Virus record (IMG/VR): IMGVR_UViG_3300021964_007165
Span: 15,898 to 79,897 of that record
Strand: one strand, 5' to 3'
Length of the DNA: 64,000 bases
Source: a virus
In this document: piece after piece, positions 8,373 to 16,736 of the stretch
Position numbering within the stretch: the first letter of the stretch is position 1
Layout: each line of letters starts with the position of its first letter
The notes under the pieces: model-generated
Database searches by the model: none
What the model was told of the DNA's origin: nothing
The model's input: the letters and a program-made list of their open reading frames with translations, nothing else
Translations under genes and position numbers: made by a program

Positions 8373-11047
8373 TATTCGTCACCTCCGAAATCAAACAAAT
8401 TATTAAAAGTATTTTTAGTTTTTGTACTTTCTAAATCATAATTAAGAACACCAATCAAGTTATCAAGTTTGTTGTCGATAATCGTTCCCTCCATAGCATC
8501 TCCATCAAATGGTAACTCCTTAAACCATTGTGGTAAATGCATTTCGTCTACAGGATATGCTACACTGGTGTAACCCATTGGATTCTGTTTTAGTTTACAA
8601 ACAATAACTTTCATACCGTCTACAATCTCTTGCGAGTACTTGTCACCGTTCATACGCTTGAGTGTGTTCCAATTAATACTTGCTCTTACATGCCCTGGCA
8701 TGTTTGCTTTACCTTGCTTCTTTTCAAGTCGTTCATAATGTCCAATTTTATTTGCACGTTTAGGTGAACCTTTTTCATGTCCGGGACGTGATTTAAACTC
8801 TGTACGGAATTCTGTAATACGATTTAAGATACTTTCTTCGCTTTCGAACTGCAATACTTTAAGTAGTAATTCACTTAAAAACTCTTGCATAAACACAGGA
8901 GTATCACTACGCTTTAGATCAAGACCCATGGCTTTTACTTTACCTGGCTTGCCGTCAACGTCTGTACGTTCGCCTTCGTTATCATAAATTAAAGCCGCAT
9001 ACCGCTTCTTAGTAATAAACAATCCTGATTCTGCAACAATCTCACGGCCTGCCGCAATAACATCTGTACGACTCTTTGGACAATGAAATGCATCAAGCAT
9101 AAATTTAGGAAATGACTTGTTTGCTTCTGTACATACTTGGTCATACAGTGCAATCACATTGTCTTTACTCCACGGAATATTACCTGCATCAATATCTTTC
9201 TTTAATATCGGATATGCACTAAAATAGCAAGAGTCAGTGTCACCATATATTATTGCTTTACCTACATGATTGTATTCACCTGTAACAACTTTGTTTACTT
9301 CTGCACTCATGTGTTTTACGATCTGTCTACCTGTAAGTGTAGTTGATTGACCAATTCGACCATCAAAGAATCTACAACCTGGATTAAGAATAGCACCATA
9401 CAAACTGTTCAAATTAATTTTTTTAACAAGTTGACGTTTATCCCAAAACTCAATTTCCGCTTTATTTCCTGCATCAATGGCTTTCTTTTTCATTGCCTGC
9501 ATATCCTTACGTTCGCTGTACCAACGTTTAAGTAGTCCAGGGATAACTCCCTCAAACTCGTATGTAAAGATAGTTCCATTAGCACTCATCATCCAAGGAT
9601 TGTTACTATCATAGATAATTTTATACACTTGAGCACCACTCATTACATCGCTTTGTCCGTTCTCCCAATCTACAGTTATGCTTACATCTCTACGTTGTTC
9701 CATAACAGCATCATACTCCATAGTACCAAATCGGCCTTCCCATGCCGCCGCAAATGATTTCTTTTTCAAGTTCATTTGTTCGCCTACATATTTGTTTGTA
9801 AGTTCAGGACGTAGTTGACCTATCACAGTTTCCGGAGCCATGTTTAATGCTCTAATAACAGAAGGATACAGTGAATTTAAGTCCATTGAACCAATCCAAC
9901 TGTGTACACCTACTTTTGGAAATGCAACATATGCTCCAGCCGCTGGATCACTACCAGGTTCACGTTGTACTCTATTAGGCACTTGCATACCTCTATGATG
10001 TGCTTCGTTGATAATTGCTTGTTCTGTAACTGCAACAGCACCCATTGTGGTCTGTAGCAAAACAGTATTTGCGTGTGCAAGTTCATTACTAAGATCGATA
10101 AATCTTAGTTTTTTGTCCAGTTTGTCCAGTAGAGCAACGTCTTGTCGGTTGTACTCAATGAACGTTCTGAAGTCATTGTTATAAAGTTGATCGAGCGTAC
10201 CTTCGTACACAGTTTTTCTTTCACCAACTTCCATTTCACCAATGGCATCAAGTCTGTAAGTATGTCTTTCTTCATATGTGTATTTACGATATAATTCCAA
10301 ACTATCTAAATGCACTCTGCCTATTAGGTCATAGGTTTCTTGTTGCCTTCCAAATTTTTCATACTCACGCTTCTTAGGAAACTGATCAAACAAACAAAAA
10401 CGTCTGGTATCATCCTTGCTTAATACTTTTGCTACACGGTTAACAGTATAAGGAATATCATAACCTTCACTGTTCCAACCAGTAATAATATCACTATCTT
10501 GGATTAGATCTAAAAATGTTTTAAGCATATCTGCTTCATCACTAAACAGATGGGTATTTGGAAAATCTTTACATTGTTCTTCTGCTTGTTCCATTGTCAA
10601 TCCCTTAGGCGGAACAGCAAGTGTTACAAGAGTATCTAACCATTGCAAATGAACTGAAATAGCAGTAATAGGCATAAACGGATCACTTGGATCAGCAAAG
10701 CCACGTTCTGGATCAAAATCTGTTTCAATGTCAAAAAATGCAACGTTCAACTTAGGAGCATCGTGATTAAGATAATTTTCACTTAAACACTGGAAGATTG
10801 GATTTACATCACTTTCGAATAATTCTTTATTCTTGTTAATTGCAAGTTCTTTGCGAAAGTCTTTTGTATTTTTACATACAATTCTATTTAGAGGATCTCC
10901 ATAGATACTTTTATATTTTCCTCTTGGGTCAGCATAATAAAAAGTATATTTTACAGGATATTCGGTAAAGTGTCTTTTACCGTCTTTACGTTCTACAACG
11001 CGAATAATATCAGCATTGCGATCAAAGTGTGCGTCTACATAACTCAT
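8372..11047 (-). CDS. Family B DNA polymerase (gp43-like)
   Basis: DIET ExoI, DLNSLYPS, KINLNSLYG, YGDTDS, KKRYA; no intein seen. Confidence 0.97.
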   Translation of the reverse strand: MSYVDAHFDRNADIIRVVERKDGKRHFTEYPVKYTFYYADPRGKYKSIYGDPLNRIVCKNTKDFRKELAINKNKELFESDVNPIFQCLSENYLNHDAPKLNVAFFDIETDFDPERGFADPSDPFMPITAISVHLQWLDTLVTLAVPPKGLTMEQAEEQCKDFPNTHLFSDEADMLKTFLDLIQDSDIITGWNSEGYDIPYTVNRVAKVLSKDDTRRFCLFDQFPKKREYEKFGRQQETYDLIGRVHLDSLELYRKYTYEERHTYRLDAIGEMEVGERKTVYEGTLDQLYNNDFRTFIEYNRQDVALLDKLDKKLRFIDLSNELAHANTVLLQTTMGAVAVTEQAIINEAHHRGMQVPNRVQREPGSDPAAGAYVAFPKVGVHSWIGSMDLNSLYPSVIRALNMAPETVIGQLRPELTNKYVGEQMNLKKKSFAAAWEGRFGTMEYDAVMEQRRDVSITVDWENGQSDVMSGAQVYKIIYDSNNPWMMSANGTIFTYEFEGVIPGLLKRWYSERKDMQAMKKKAIDAGNKAEIEFWDKRQLVKKINLNSLYGAILNPGCRFFDGRIGQSTTLTGRQIVKHMSAEVNKVVTGEYNHVGKAIIYGDTDSCYFSAYPILKKDIDAGNIPWSKDNVIALYDQVCTEANKSFPKFMLDAFHCPKSRTDVIAAGREIVAESGLFITKKRYAALIYDNEGERTDVDGKPGKVKAMGLDLKRSDTPVFMQEFLSELLLKVLQFESEESILNRITEFRTEFKSRPGHEKGSPKRANKIGHYERLEKKQGKANMPGHVRASINWNTLKRMNGDKYSQEIVDGMKVIVCKLKQNPMGYTSVAYPVDEMHLPQWFKELPFDGDAMEGTIIDNKLDNLIGVLNYDLESTKTKNTFNNLFDFGGDE

Positions 11048-11058
11048 TTTTTCTCCTA

Positions 11059-11113
11059 TACCATTTTAGGCTGGCAAATACCCAAGTTATTCGTTTATTG
11101 GCCGAAAATACCA
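11059..11113 (-). promoter_or_regulatory. Two tandem compact H-type RNA pseudoknots abutting the polB Shine-Dalgarno
   Basis: UGGU-AUU-UUCG-GCCA-AUAAA-CGAA and GGGU-AUU-UGCCA-GCCU-AAAA-UGGUA; stem 2 differs in sequence but pairs in both copies. Confidence 0.6.
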
Positions 11114-11361
11114 TCTTGTACAAGTCCAGCAATATATATTATTGTAAGTCCTGCGTTTAAAATAATCAACGATTTTTCTTTCCAAAGCACTCCTACTGCT
11201 ACCCAAATACCATTAGCAATAGTAAAAGCATAACTGTAGTAAGGATACATATTAAATGCGGCCATTGTAGCGGCAATCAATAATACCGTTGTTCCTGTCC
11301 AAGCCAACCATTGGTATGGCTTAGGTTGCGTCTTTAATGTTTTTAAAGTATTGTTTGTCAT
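11095..11361 (-). CDS. Small 3-TM membrane protein
   Basis: Three hydrophobic helices; W...G.LWKE.SL pattern. Confidence 0.6.
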   Translation of the reverse strand: MTNNTLKTLKTQPKPYQWLAWTGTTVLLIAATMAAFNMYPYYSYAFTIANGIWVAVGVLWKEKSLIILNAGLTIIYIAGLVQDGIFGQ

Positions 11362-11632
11362 TTTGTGCCTTATCGTCTATCCAAATGTCGTAATGTGGTT
11401 TGTGAAATAAAATAGAACTGTATTTTACTTCCCATTCCTCTAATTGCCTTTGTGTGAATTGTTTCCAATCCAAATGTGATTTTGCGCCTCTTGCTGTCCA
11501 ATAATTAATTTCATGGCCTTCGTCATACAATTGATTAAAGTGTTCAATTCTTTCTTTAATAGGCTTACTATTTTCATAATCACTGTTAGTAGTATAGCAT
11601 ATTGTATTATCAATGTCAACCATATAAATCAT
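11321..11632 (-). CDS. Minimal HAD-superfamily phosphatase
   Basis: VDIDNTI, WTARG, KP, IDDK motifs I-IV. Confidence 0.85.
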   Translation of the reverse strand: MIYMVDIDNTICYTTNSDYENSKPIKERIEHFNQLYDEGHEINYWTARGAKSHLDWKQFTQRQLEEWEVKYSSILFHKPHYDIWIDDKAQNDKQYFKNIKDAT

Positions 11633-12078
11633 GTATTTTGACCTCTTATTTGTCTAAATTGTTTGTTGTCTGGATACTCACTATAGTATCCTTTTTCTAA
11701 TAATTTATTACTTGCTTGTTTGGTTTCATCTAATCGTTGTAAAACAAAGAATTTAATAGTTGGGTCGTTTAAGTCATTTTCATAATCCATGTATTTGTAT
11801 TCAATAAACAACACATTTCTATCTAAAAAGTATTGGGTTCGACATAGTCCGAATAGTTCTTTACCTTCGTTTGGATCTTGAACATTGTGTAAAATTACAA
11901 GAACAGCATGACTGTCATAACTGTCAAACTCAAACATCACTTTCAGTATATCTAAGTATTGATCTGTATGTACTCTTTTTACGTCTTTACTGTTTGCCCA
12001 AGGGCACTTACCCTTTGCCAATTCGTTTAAATGTAGATCTAACCAAGTATCTATTCTTTGTACATTCATCACCACCAA
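11629..12078 (-). CDS. Hypothetical protein
   Basis: ORF with CPWA motif, packed between neighbours. Confidence 0.55.
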   Translation of the reverse strand: MVVMNVQRIDTWLDLHLNELAKGKCPWANSKDVKRVHTDQYLDILKVMFEFDSYDSHAVLVILHNVQDPNEGKELFGLCRTQYFLDRNVLFIEYKYMDYENDLNDPTIKFFVLQRLDETKQASNKLLEKGYYSEYPDNKQFRQIRGQNT

Positions 12079-12350
12079 CCTATAGCAATTCCATACCCAA
12101 ATATGTTGACCAAACTAAAATAAAATGTCAGTAGCATTACCCAAGCCGCCCCTCGTCTATAAGCGGCATAACACTGTGTAATACTGCCAACAAAAAATCC
12201 TGGATACACAATTAACATATTAGGATCTCTTGCATTTACAGCAAGTGTTAAACTGGCGCCTACTGTAAAGATAAAACTGATTAGTTCAAAACAAAACGCT
12301 GTTTTATCAGAGTGATAACTGTTTATCCAAAAATCTTTTATCTTTTGCAA
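12069..12350 (-). CDS. Small 3-TM membrane protein
   Basis: Three hydrophobic helices, ends VNIFGY. Confidence 0.6.
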   Translation of the reverse strand: MQKIKDFWINSYHSDKTAFCFELISFIFTVGASLTLAVNARDPNMLIVYPGFFVGSITQCYAAYRRGAAWVMLLTFYFSLVNIFGYGIAIGWW

Positions 12351-12611
12351 TTACTTGTCCTTGCCGACAGTAACTACAAGTGTTTCAAGATCATCAAATT
12401 CGTCAGCAACTTTGTGCCAATCTGCTTTGTGTGCAATCTTAATTGCTTTATTGATCAAACTTGACTTTATATCAAGTTCTTGAGAAACTGCTTTCACGGT
12501 TTCTCTAAGTCCTTCTTGGAGATCTTCAATCTCTCTCATTACGTTTGCGCCTTCGTTAACCAATCTTTCGAGTTTGGCTTTTTCGTCTGGGCCGTATGTT
12601 CTACTTGACAT
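12351..12611 (-). CDS. Small helical dsDNA-binding protein (T4 DsbA-like)
   Basis: 86 aa helical; ELDIK..LINKAIKIAHK pattern. Confidence 0.55.
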   Translation of the reverse strand: MSSRTYGPDEKAKLERLVNEGANVMREIEDLQEGLRETVKAVSQELDIKSSLINKAIKIAHKADWHKVADEFDDLETLVVTVGKDK

Positions 12612-12612
12612 C

Positions 12613-13035
12613 TTATTCTCCTTTGTAAGCGTCTAAAGTTTTTTGAAACTTACCTGCGTGTGATTTCTCTGCTTTTGCAAGTGTTTCAAACCAATCAGCA
12701 ATTTCTTCAAAACCTTCTTCTCTGGCTGTTCTTGCCATACCTGGGTACATATCTGTGTACTCATGGATTTCACCTTTGATAGCAGAAGAAAGATTTTGCT
12801 CTGTATTACCCATAGGTTCGCCAGTTGCTGGATCACCTACTTCTTCTAAGTATTCTAAGTGACCGTGTGCATGACCCGTTTCACCTTCTGCTGTGCTTCT
12901 AAATACCTGTGCTACTTCATTAGCACCTTCGATATCTGCTTTTTGAGCAAAGTATAAGTATCTTCTATTTGCTTCTGATTCGCCTTGAAATGCGGCTCTT
13001 AAATTATCTTTTGTTTTGCTGTCTTTTAAGTCCAT
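12613..13035 (-). CDS. Rubrerythrin/erythrin (ferritin-like diiron)
   Basis: [20 protein letters not shown]...MYP, KAEKSH. Confidence 0.93.
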   Translation of the reverse strand: MDLKDSKTKDNLRAAFQGESEANRRYLYFAQKADIEGANEVAQVFRSTAEGETGHAHGHLEYLEEVGDPATGEPMGNTEQNLSSAIKGEIHEYTDMYPGMARTAREEGFEEIADWFETLAKAEKSHAGKFQKTLDAYKGE

Positions 13036-13075
13036 AAATTACCTATAAGTTAATATATTTTTGTTAATGTATAGT

Positions 13076-13104
13076 ATTATATATTCGCTTAAGGTAGAAG
13101 TCAA
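13076..13104 (-). promoter_or_regulatory. sigma70-type promoter heading the rubrerythrin-to-polB run
   Basis: TTGACT-N17-TATAAT. Confidence 0.75.
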
Positions 13105-13109
13105 GTGTT

Positions 13110-13706
13110 TTATTGAGACATTGCAAATAAATCAAAATATTTTTTAGTCCACCATTTTTCATTTTCACGACTATCAAATACGATATTTTTGGTAGCAAAA
13201 TGATTTGGCCTTTCGCGATATCTCACTTTAACAGGTCCAGCATCGTGCCAAACATCTGCCTGTCGGTTTAATATAAATCCTCTTGGTGCAGTTGCTCCAA
13301 ATCGTTTTTGAAAAGGTAATTGAGCAAAGTCTAAAATCCACTCTGGTGTGACTACTACTTGATGCGTAGCAACCATGCCTCCTTGTTCGTGGTCATTATG
13401 ACCAACTTTTGCATTCCAACCTTTTGTAGGATGTTTAATATCTACTTCGTACTGTTTTACGTGTGCTTCAATTCCATGAAGCCTTAATATTCTTCGTAGT
13501 GTTTGTGACAGTAAGATACATTGGTTGCCAATTTCATACAGCATATCCATTTGATACATTCTGCAATACACTGTTACAAGTCTATAATCTAAATTGACAA
13601 CATCTTTACCAACGGCTAAACTATAATCCTCTGGAGCAAGATCCCAGTCTGGATCAAACTTCATAAGCGAGTTAAAGAGTACTCGACCTTGTTCGTCAAC
13701 GTTCAT
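13110..13706 (-). CDS. Transglutaminase-like (Cys-His-Asp) protein, lasso peptidase B2-like fold
   Basis: GNQCILLS..L..IL..HGI, THQVVV, ILDFA give a papain-like triad. Confidence 0.55.
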   Translation of the reverse strand: MNVDEQGRVLFNSLMKFDPDWDLAPEDYSLAVGKDVVNLDYRLVTVYCRMYQMDMLYEIGNQCILLSQTLRRILRLHGIEAHVKQYEVDIKHPTKGWNAKVGHNDHEQGGMVATHQVVVTPEWILDFAQLPFQKRFGATAPRGFILNRQADVWHDAGPVKVRYRERPNHFATKNIVFDSRENEKWWTKKYFDLFAMSQ

Positions 13707-13875
13707 TGTGTTCCTCCACAGTTAAACTTTTCGTTAACAATGAATGAACTGAACAAACTGTAACGTCACCTTATGTAAAATAGTAACCTCTGTTTTGTCA
13801 CCAGCCGTGTCGTACGCGAGCACTGTCACCAAAAGTAGGCGTTCCTATAAGTCACCGTCAATCAGTATTAACGTA
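13707..13875 (-). other. Long non-coding leader with four GGUGAC repeats separated by hairpins
   Basis: GTCACC on + at 13765, 13797, 13825, 13851; downstream of TAAATA at 13885-13880. Confidence 0.45.
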
Positions 13876-13896
13876 TAGATATTTATGATATTACAA

Positions 13897-14451
13897 TCAA
13901 CTTGATAGTCGTTGTGATACTTTACTAACCAAGTACTCTAAAGATACGTCAGACCAAATATTATGTTCTTGTGCCTTATAATCGTATATAGGCATAATGC
14001 TTTTCATTTCAGGAATAAATTCTTTAGTAATTAAGTTTCCGATATATAAAGATTCATTAAACTTAGTTTCGTCACTTAGCGTAACGTCAAACAAAGTTGG
14101 ACCATTAAACATTAGGTGTTCGAATTCTACTGTATCTTTTGCTTGTATTTTTATTGGAAAAGGTCTTTGGATTAGTTCTTTTCCATTCCAAGTGAACAAT
14201 GGAATTTTAATAGGTTGATCAAATGTTACTTTGCCTTTCTTACCATTGATAATTGCAGGGTAATCTACTAAACATTTTTCTAAAGTAAGTGTACCTTCGA
14301 TAACTTCGATACGTACACTGTAACTGTCGTGTACAGTTGTTTCTGTTTCAAACTCGTAAATTAAATTTGCAGTGCATGATTCTTCTAATTTGTTGTTTAT
14401 GAAAACTCTATATACAGCATCATCAGAGCCGTAAACTTTTAACTTCCGCAT
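13897..14451 (-). CDS. Hypothetical protein
   Basis: 184 aa ORF with AAAGGG RBS-like site. Confidence 0.6.
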   Translation of the reverse strand: MRKLKVYGSDDAVYRVFINNKLEESCTANLIYEFETETTVHDSYSVRIEVIEGTLTLEKCLVDYPAIINGKKGKVTFDQPIKIPLFTWNGKELIQRPFPIKIQAKDTVEFEHLMFNGPTLFDVTLSDETKFNESLYIGNLITKEFIPEMKSIMPIYDYKAQEHNIWSDVSLEYLVSKVSQRLSS

Positions 14452-14486
14452 AGTGTCCCTTTCAGTGTGTAAAAATACTTATGCGT

Positions 14487-15137
14487 TTATGTGTCGAGAG
14501 TCTCGTCTTTTGACTTGTATGCCCATTCGTCTGTGTGTCCTACACTCCACTTAGGTGTATTTTCAACTGTATAGTTTTGAGTGCATACTTTAAAGTCTGG
14601 AGTAAGTCTATCTGGATTTACAAGACTTTGATCTGTGAATACTACTCTATTGTTTGGTTGTGCGGCAAATTGTCCATTGTCTAATTTAATGATATTAAAA
14701 GTTTTGTGTTCAGGATCATGCTCGCTAAAATTAATATCAAGTGTTGAGTGTTGTGCGTGACAAGTATCAAGTGTAAACATATATTCACCCTTGTGCATCT
14801 TTCGGTCCTTGCCAAAGAACTCGCAGTCGCTGAGCATTGGCTTTTTGATCACTGTGATGTCATAGTCAAAGCAGTCCCATATCTGTAGAGTGTCAAGAGG
14901 AAGTTGATTGTCCTTATCATAATCTTCTTTCCACACAAATGCTGAGATGGGTAACTTGTCATATAGTGCGCCATACTCTAATAATAATGTTTCAAAGTAC
15001 AATGCTTTTGATTGTATACTTCTAATGCTTATCCAAGTGCCAGGTGTGAGTTCACCGTGTCCTTTTTGATGATCGTAGAGATATTCTTTTTTTACATATA
15101 CTTCAACAGGTGGTAGATTATGCACTAAGAAAGCCAT
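14487..15137 (-). CDS. Hypothetical protein, late promoter upstream
   Basis: 216 aa; QIWDCF, YMFTLD, EHK, AAQPNNR; TAAATA at 15172-15167. Confidence 0.7.
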   Translation of the reverse strand: MAFLVHNLPPVEVYVKKEYLYDHQKGHGELTPGTWISIRSIQSKALYFETLLLEYGALYDKLPISAFVWKEDYDKDNQLPLDTLQIWDCFDYDITVIKKPMLSDCEFFGKDRKMHKGEYMFTLDTCHAQHSTLDINFSEHDPEHKTFNIIKLDNGQFAAQPNNRVVFTDQSLVNPDRLTPDFKVCTQNYTVENTPKWSVGHTDEWAYKSKDETLDT

Positions 15138-15207
15138 AAAGAGTCCTCTTTAAATTTGTTACAATGTATTTATGTGAAAGTGTTTAAGATATGAGTAGTT
15201 AACTAAA

Positions 15208-15762
15208 CTACATCTTAACGCAGTTGTCTACAGTCTTGCCACCTTTTTTCTTGGTGCCCATACGCTTGTAGCCTTTCCAGCATACTTTGCCGTCAACGCC
15301 TTTTTGTTTTTCTTCTGGGAGTGTAGTGTAACTTGGATTGCCACATTCAGAGCAAATACCTAATTTGCTTTCTAACATAGATGCTAAAGATGATTTATAA
15401 GATTCGTCTTTCTTTTCTTTTTTGTCTTTGATAGCCTTCTTCATTGGCTCTTTTTTATCGCCGTCTTTGTCAACGTCAAGAAAGTCTGGTTTAGATTTCT
15501 TTGCTTCTTGAACTTCATCAAATTTCTGTTCATAATCCATGTGATGATAAACTGAACTCATATAGTCAGCGGCCTTAGTAATTTTAGATTGAACCCATCC
15601 TTCAAGACCTTCTTTTTCAGTTACGCCTTTAAGCATTTCATGAAGTTTAATTGCATACTTTGCAACCTTGTATAATTCAGCACGAGCCATTTGTACTTCG
15701 TGATCTGACTCAACTTTATATGCTAAATCTGCTAAACCTTCTTTTAGATCTTTTTGTCTCAT
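15208..15762 (-). CDS. Putative internal head protein, modular
   Basis: MRQKDLKE leader; DHEVQMAR...WVQSKITKA module, D.DKDGD module, CWKGY...NCV module. Confidence 0.6.
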   Translation of the reverse strand: MRQKDLKEGLADLAYKVESDHEVQMARAELYKVAKYAIKLHEMLKGVTEKEGLEGWVQSKITKAADYMSSVYHHMDYEQKFDEVQEAKKSKPDFLDVDKDGDKKEPMKKAIKDKKEKKDESYKSSLASMLESKLGICSECGNPSYTTLPEEKQKGVDGKVCWKGYKRMGTKKKGGKTVDNCVKM

Positions 15763-15763
15763 G

Positions 15764-16732
15764 TTAGTTCCTCTTTACGGTTTTACCGCCCATTAAATTA
15801 TTTGACATATCTAAAGCATTAATTGTTGTACCATCTGCTTTTTTCTTTTGGGGTGCTTTAGGCATTCCCTTTGAATCTTTTGGTCTTTGTCCGTAAGCCA
15901 TGCTTGGGTTAGCAACACTTGCAATATTACCTGCGGAAGTTGCTCCTGCTGTTGCAGTTTCTGTTTTAATACCAGCAAGTGCTTTCATTTCATTAGCAAA
16001 GTCCGATGCTTGATTTTGTTGCTGTGTAGAAGCACCTGATACTAATTTGGCTAATTGCATAATACTATCTGCTTCGTCAACTGGCTTGTCTTTTTCTAAT
16101 GATGCTTTACGCTTCATTAGTTCTTTTTTAAGTTCTGGATCTTTTGTTGTGTTTGGATCCGCTTGTAAATCTTGGATTGCTTTCTGTTTGGCATCGTAAT
16201 CATCTTTGTCTTTGGTAGGTGTATAGTTAGAAGATTCTGCGGGTCCTGCTTGAGCACCTTTTTCTGCTTGTTTCACTAACATCATAAACTTTTGACGCAT
16301 TGCTTGATTACCAAGAATAGTTGTTAACTGCTTTGCAAAAGGAGCAATCTGTTTAGCAAGATTACCTTGTAATGCACCGCCTGATGCAAGTTTATCTAAA
16401 CCTTTTGCCATCATAGCGCCTGAGCCGCCTTTTGCACCCATAGCCGCACCAGCCATTTTAGCACCTTGTGCTGTTTTTTGTTGTGCTTTAGGGTCAGCAC
16501 CTGAAGCCATTCCTGCTACTTTGCCAGCAATGCCGCCTTGTTGTTGTGCCGCTGATTTAACATCGTCTTTTGAAGCACCTGTAGCATTTGCTACTGCGCC
16601 TACAGCCGCATTAGCACCTTTTTGTGCTACTGCACCAGCCGCTTTTTTAACAGAGCCAGCCGCTTTTTCTGCACCTGTTTTTAATGCATTTAACGGATTT
16701 GCTTCGGTTGTTGTTAATTCTCTTAGTTTCAT
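15764..16732 (-). CDS. Putative internal head protein, Ala/Gly/Lys-rich
   Basis: MKLRELTTTE leader; MKALAGI and ETATAGATS motifs. Confidence 0.6.
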   Translation of the reverse strand: MKLRELTTTEANPLNALKTGAEKAAGSVKKAAGAVAQKGANAAVGAVANATGASKDDVKSAAQQQGGIAGKVAGMASGADPKAQQKTAQGAKMAGAAMGAKGGSGAMMAKGLDKLASGGALQGNLAKQIAPFAKQLTTILGNQAMRQKFMMLVKQAEKGAQAGPAESSNYTPTKDKDDYDAKQKAIQDLQADPNTTKDPELKKELMKRKASLEKDKPVDEADSIMQLAKLVSGASTQQQNQASDFANEMKALAGIKTETATAGATSAGNIASVANPSMAYGQRPKDSKGMPKAPQKKKADGTTINALDMSNNLMGGKTVKRN

Positions 16733-16736
16733 ATTA

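Noticed and set aside
8372-11047. Intein or intron in DNA polymerase; S8 insert as an intein
   Set aside because: Polymerase motifs are contiguous at normal length; the S8 insert lacks splice-junction HN and endonuclease motifs
13765-13856. GTCACC repeats as a mini-CRISPR array
   Set aside because: Repeat is only 6 nt with 20-26 nt gaps and no cas genes; kept as a structured leader instead
16250-16700. Ala/Gly/Lys low-complexity repeats as a DNA repeat element
   Set aside because: Explained by protein composition; no exact nucleotide tandem unit seen
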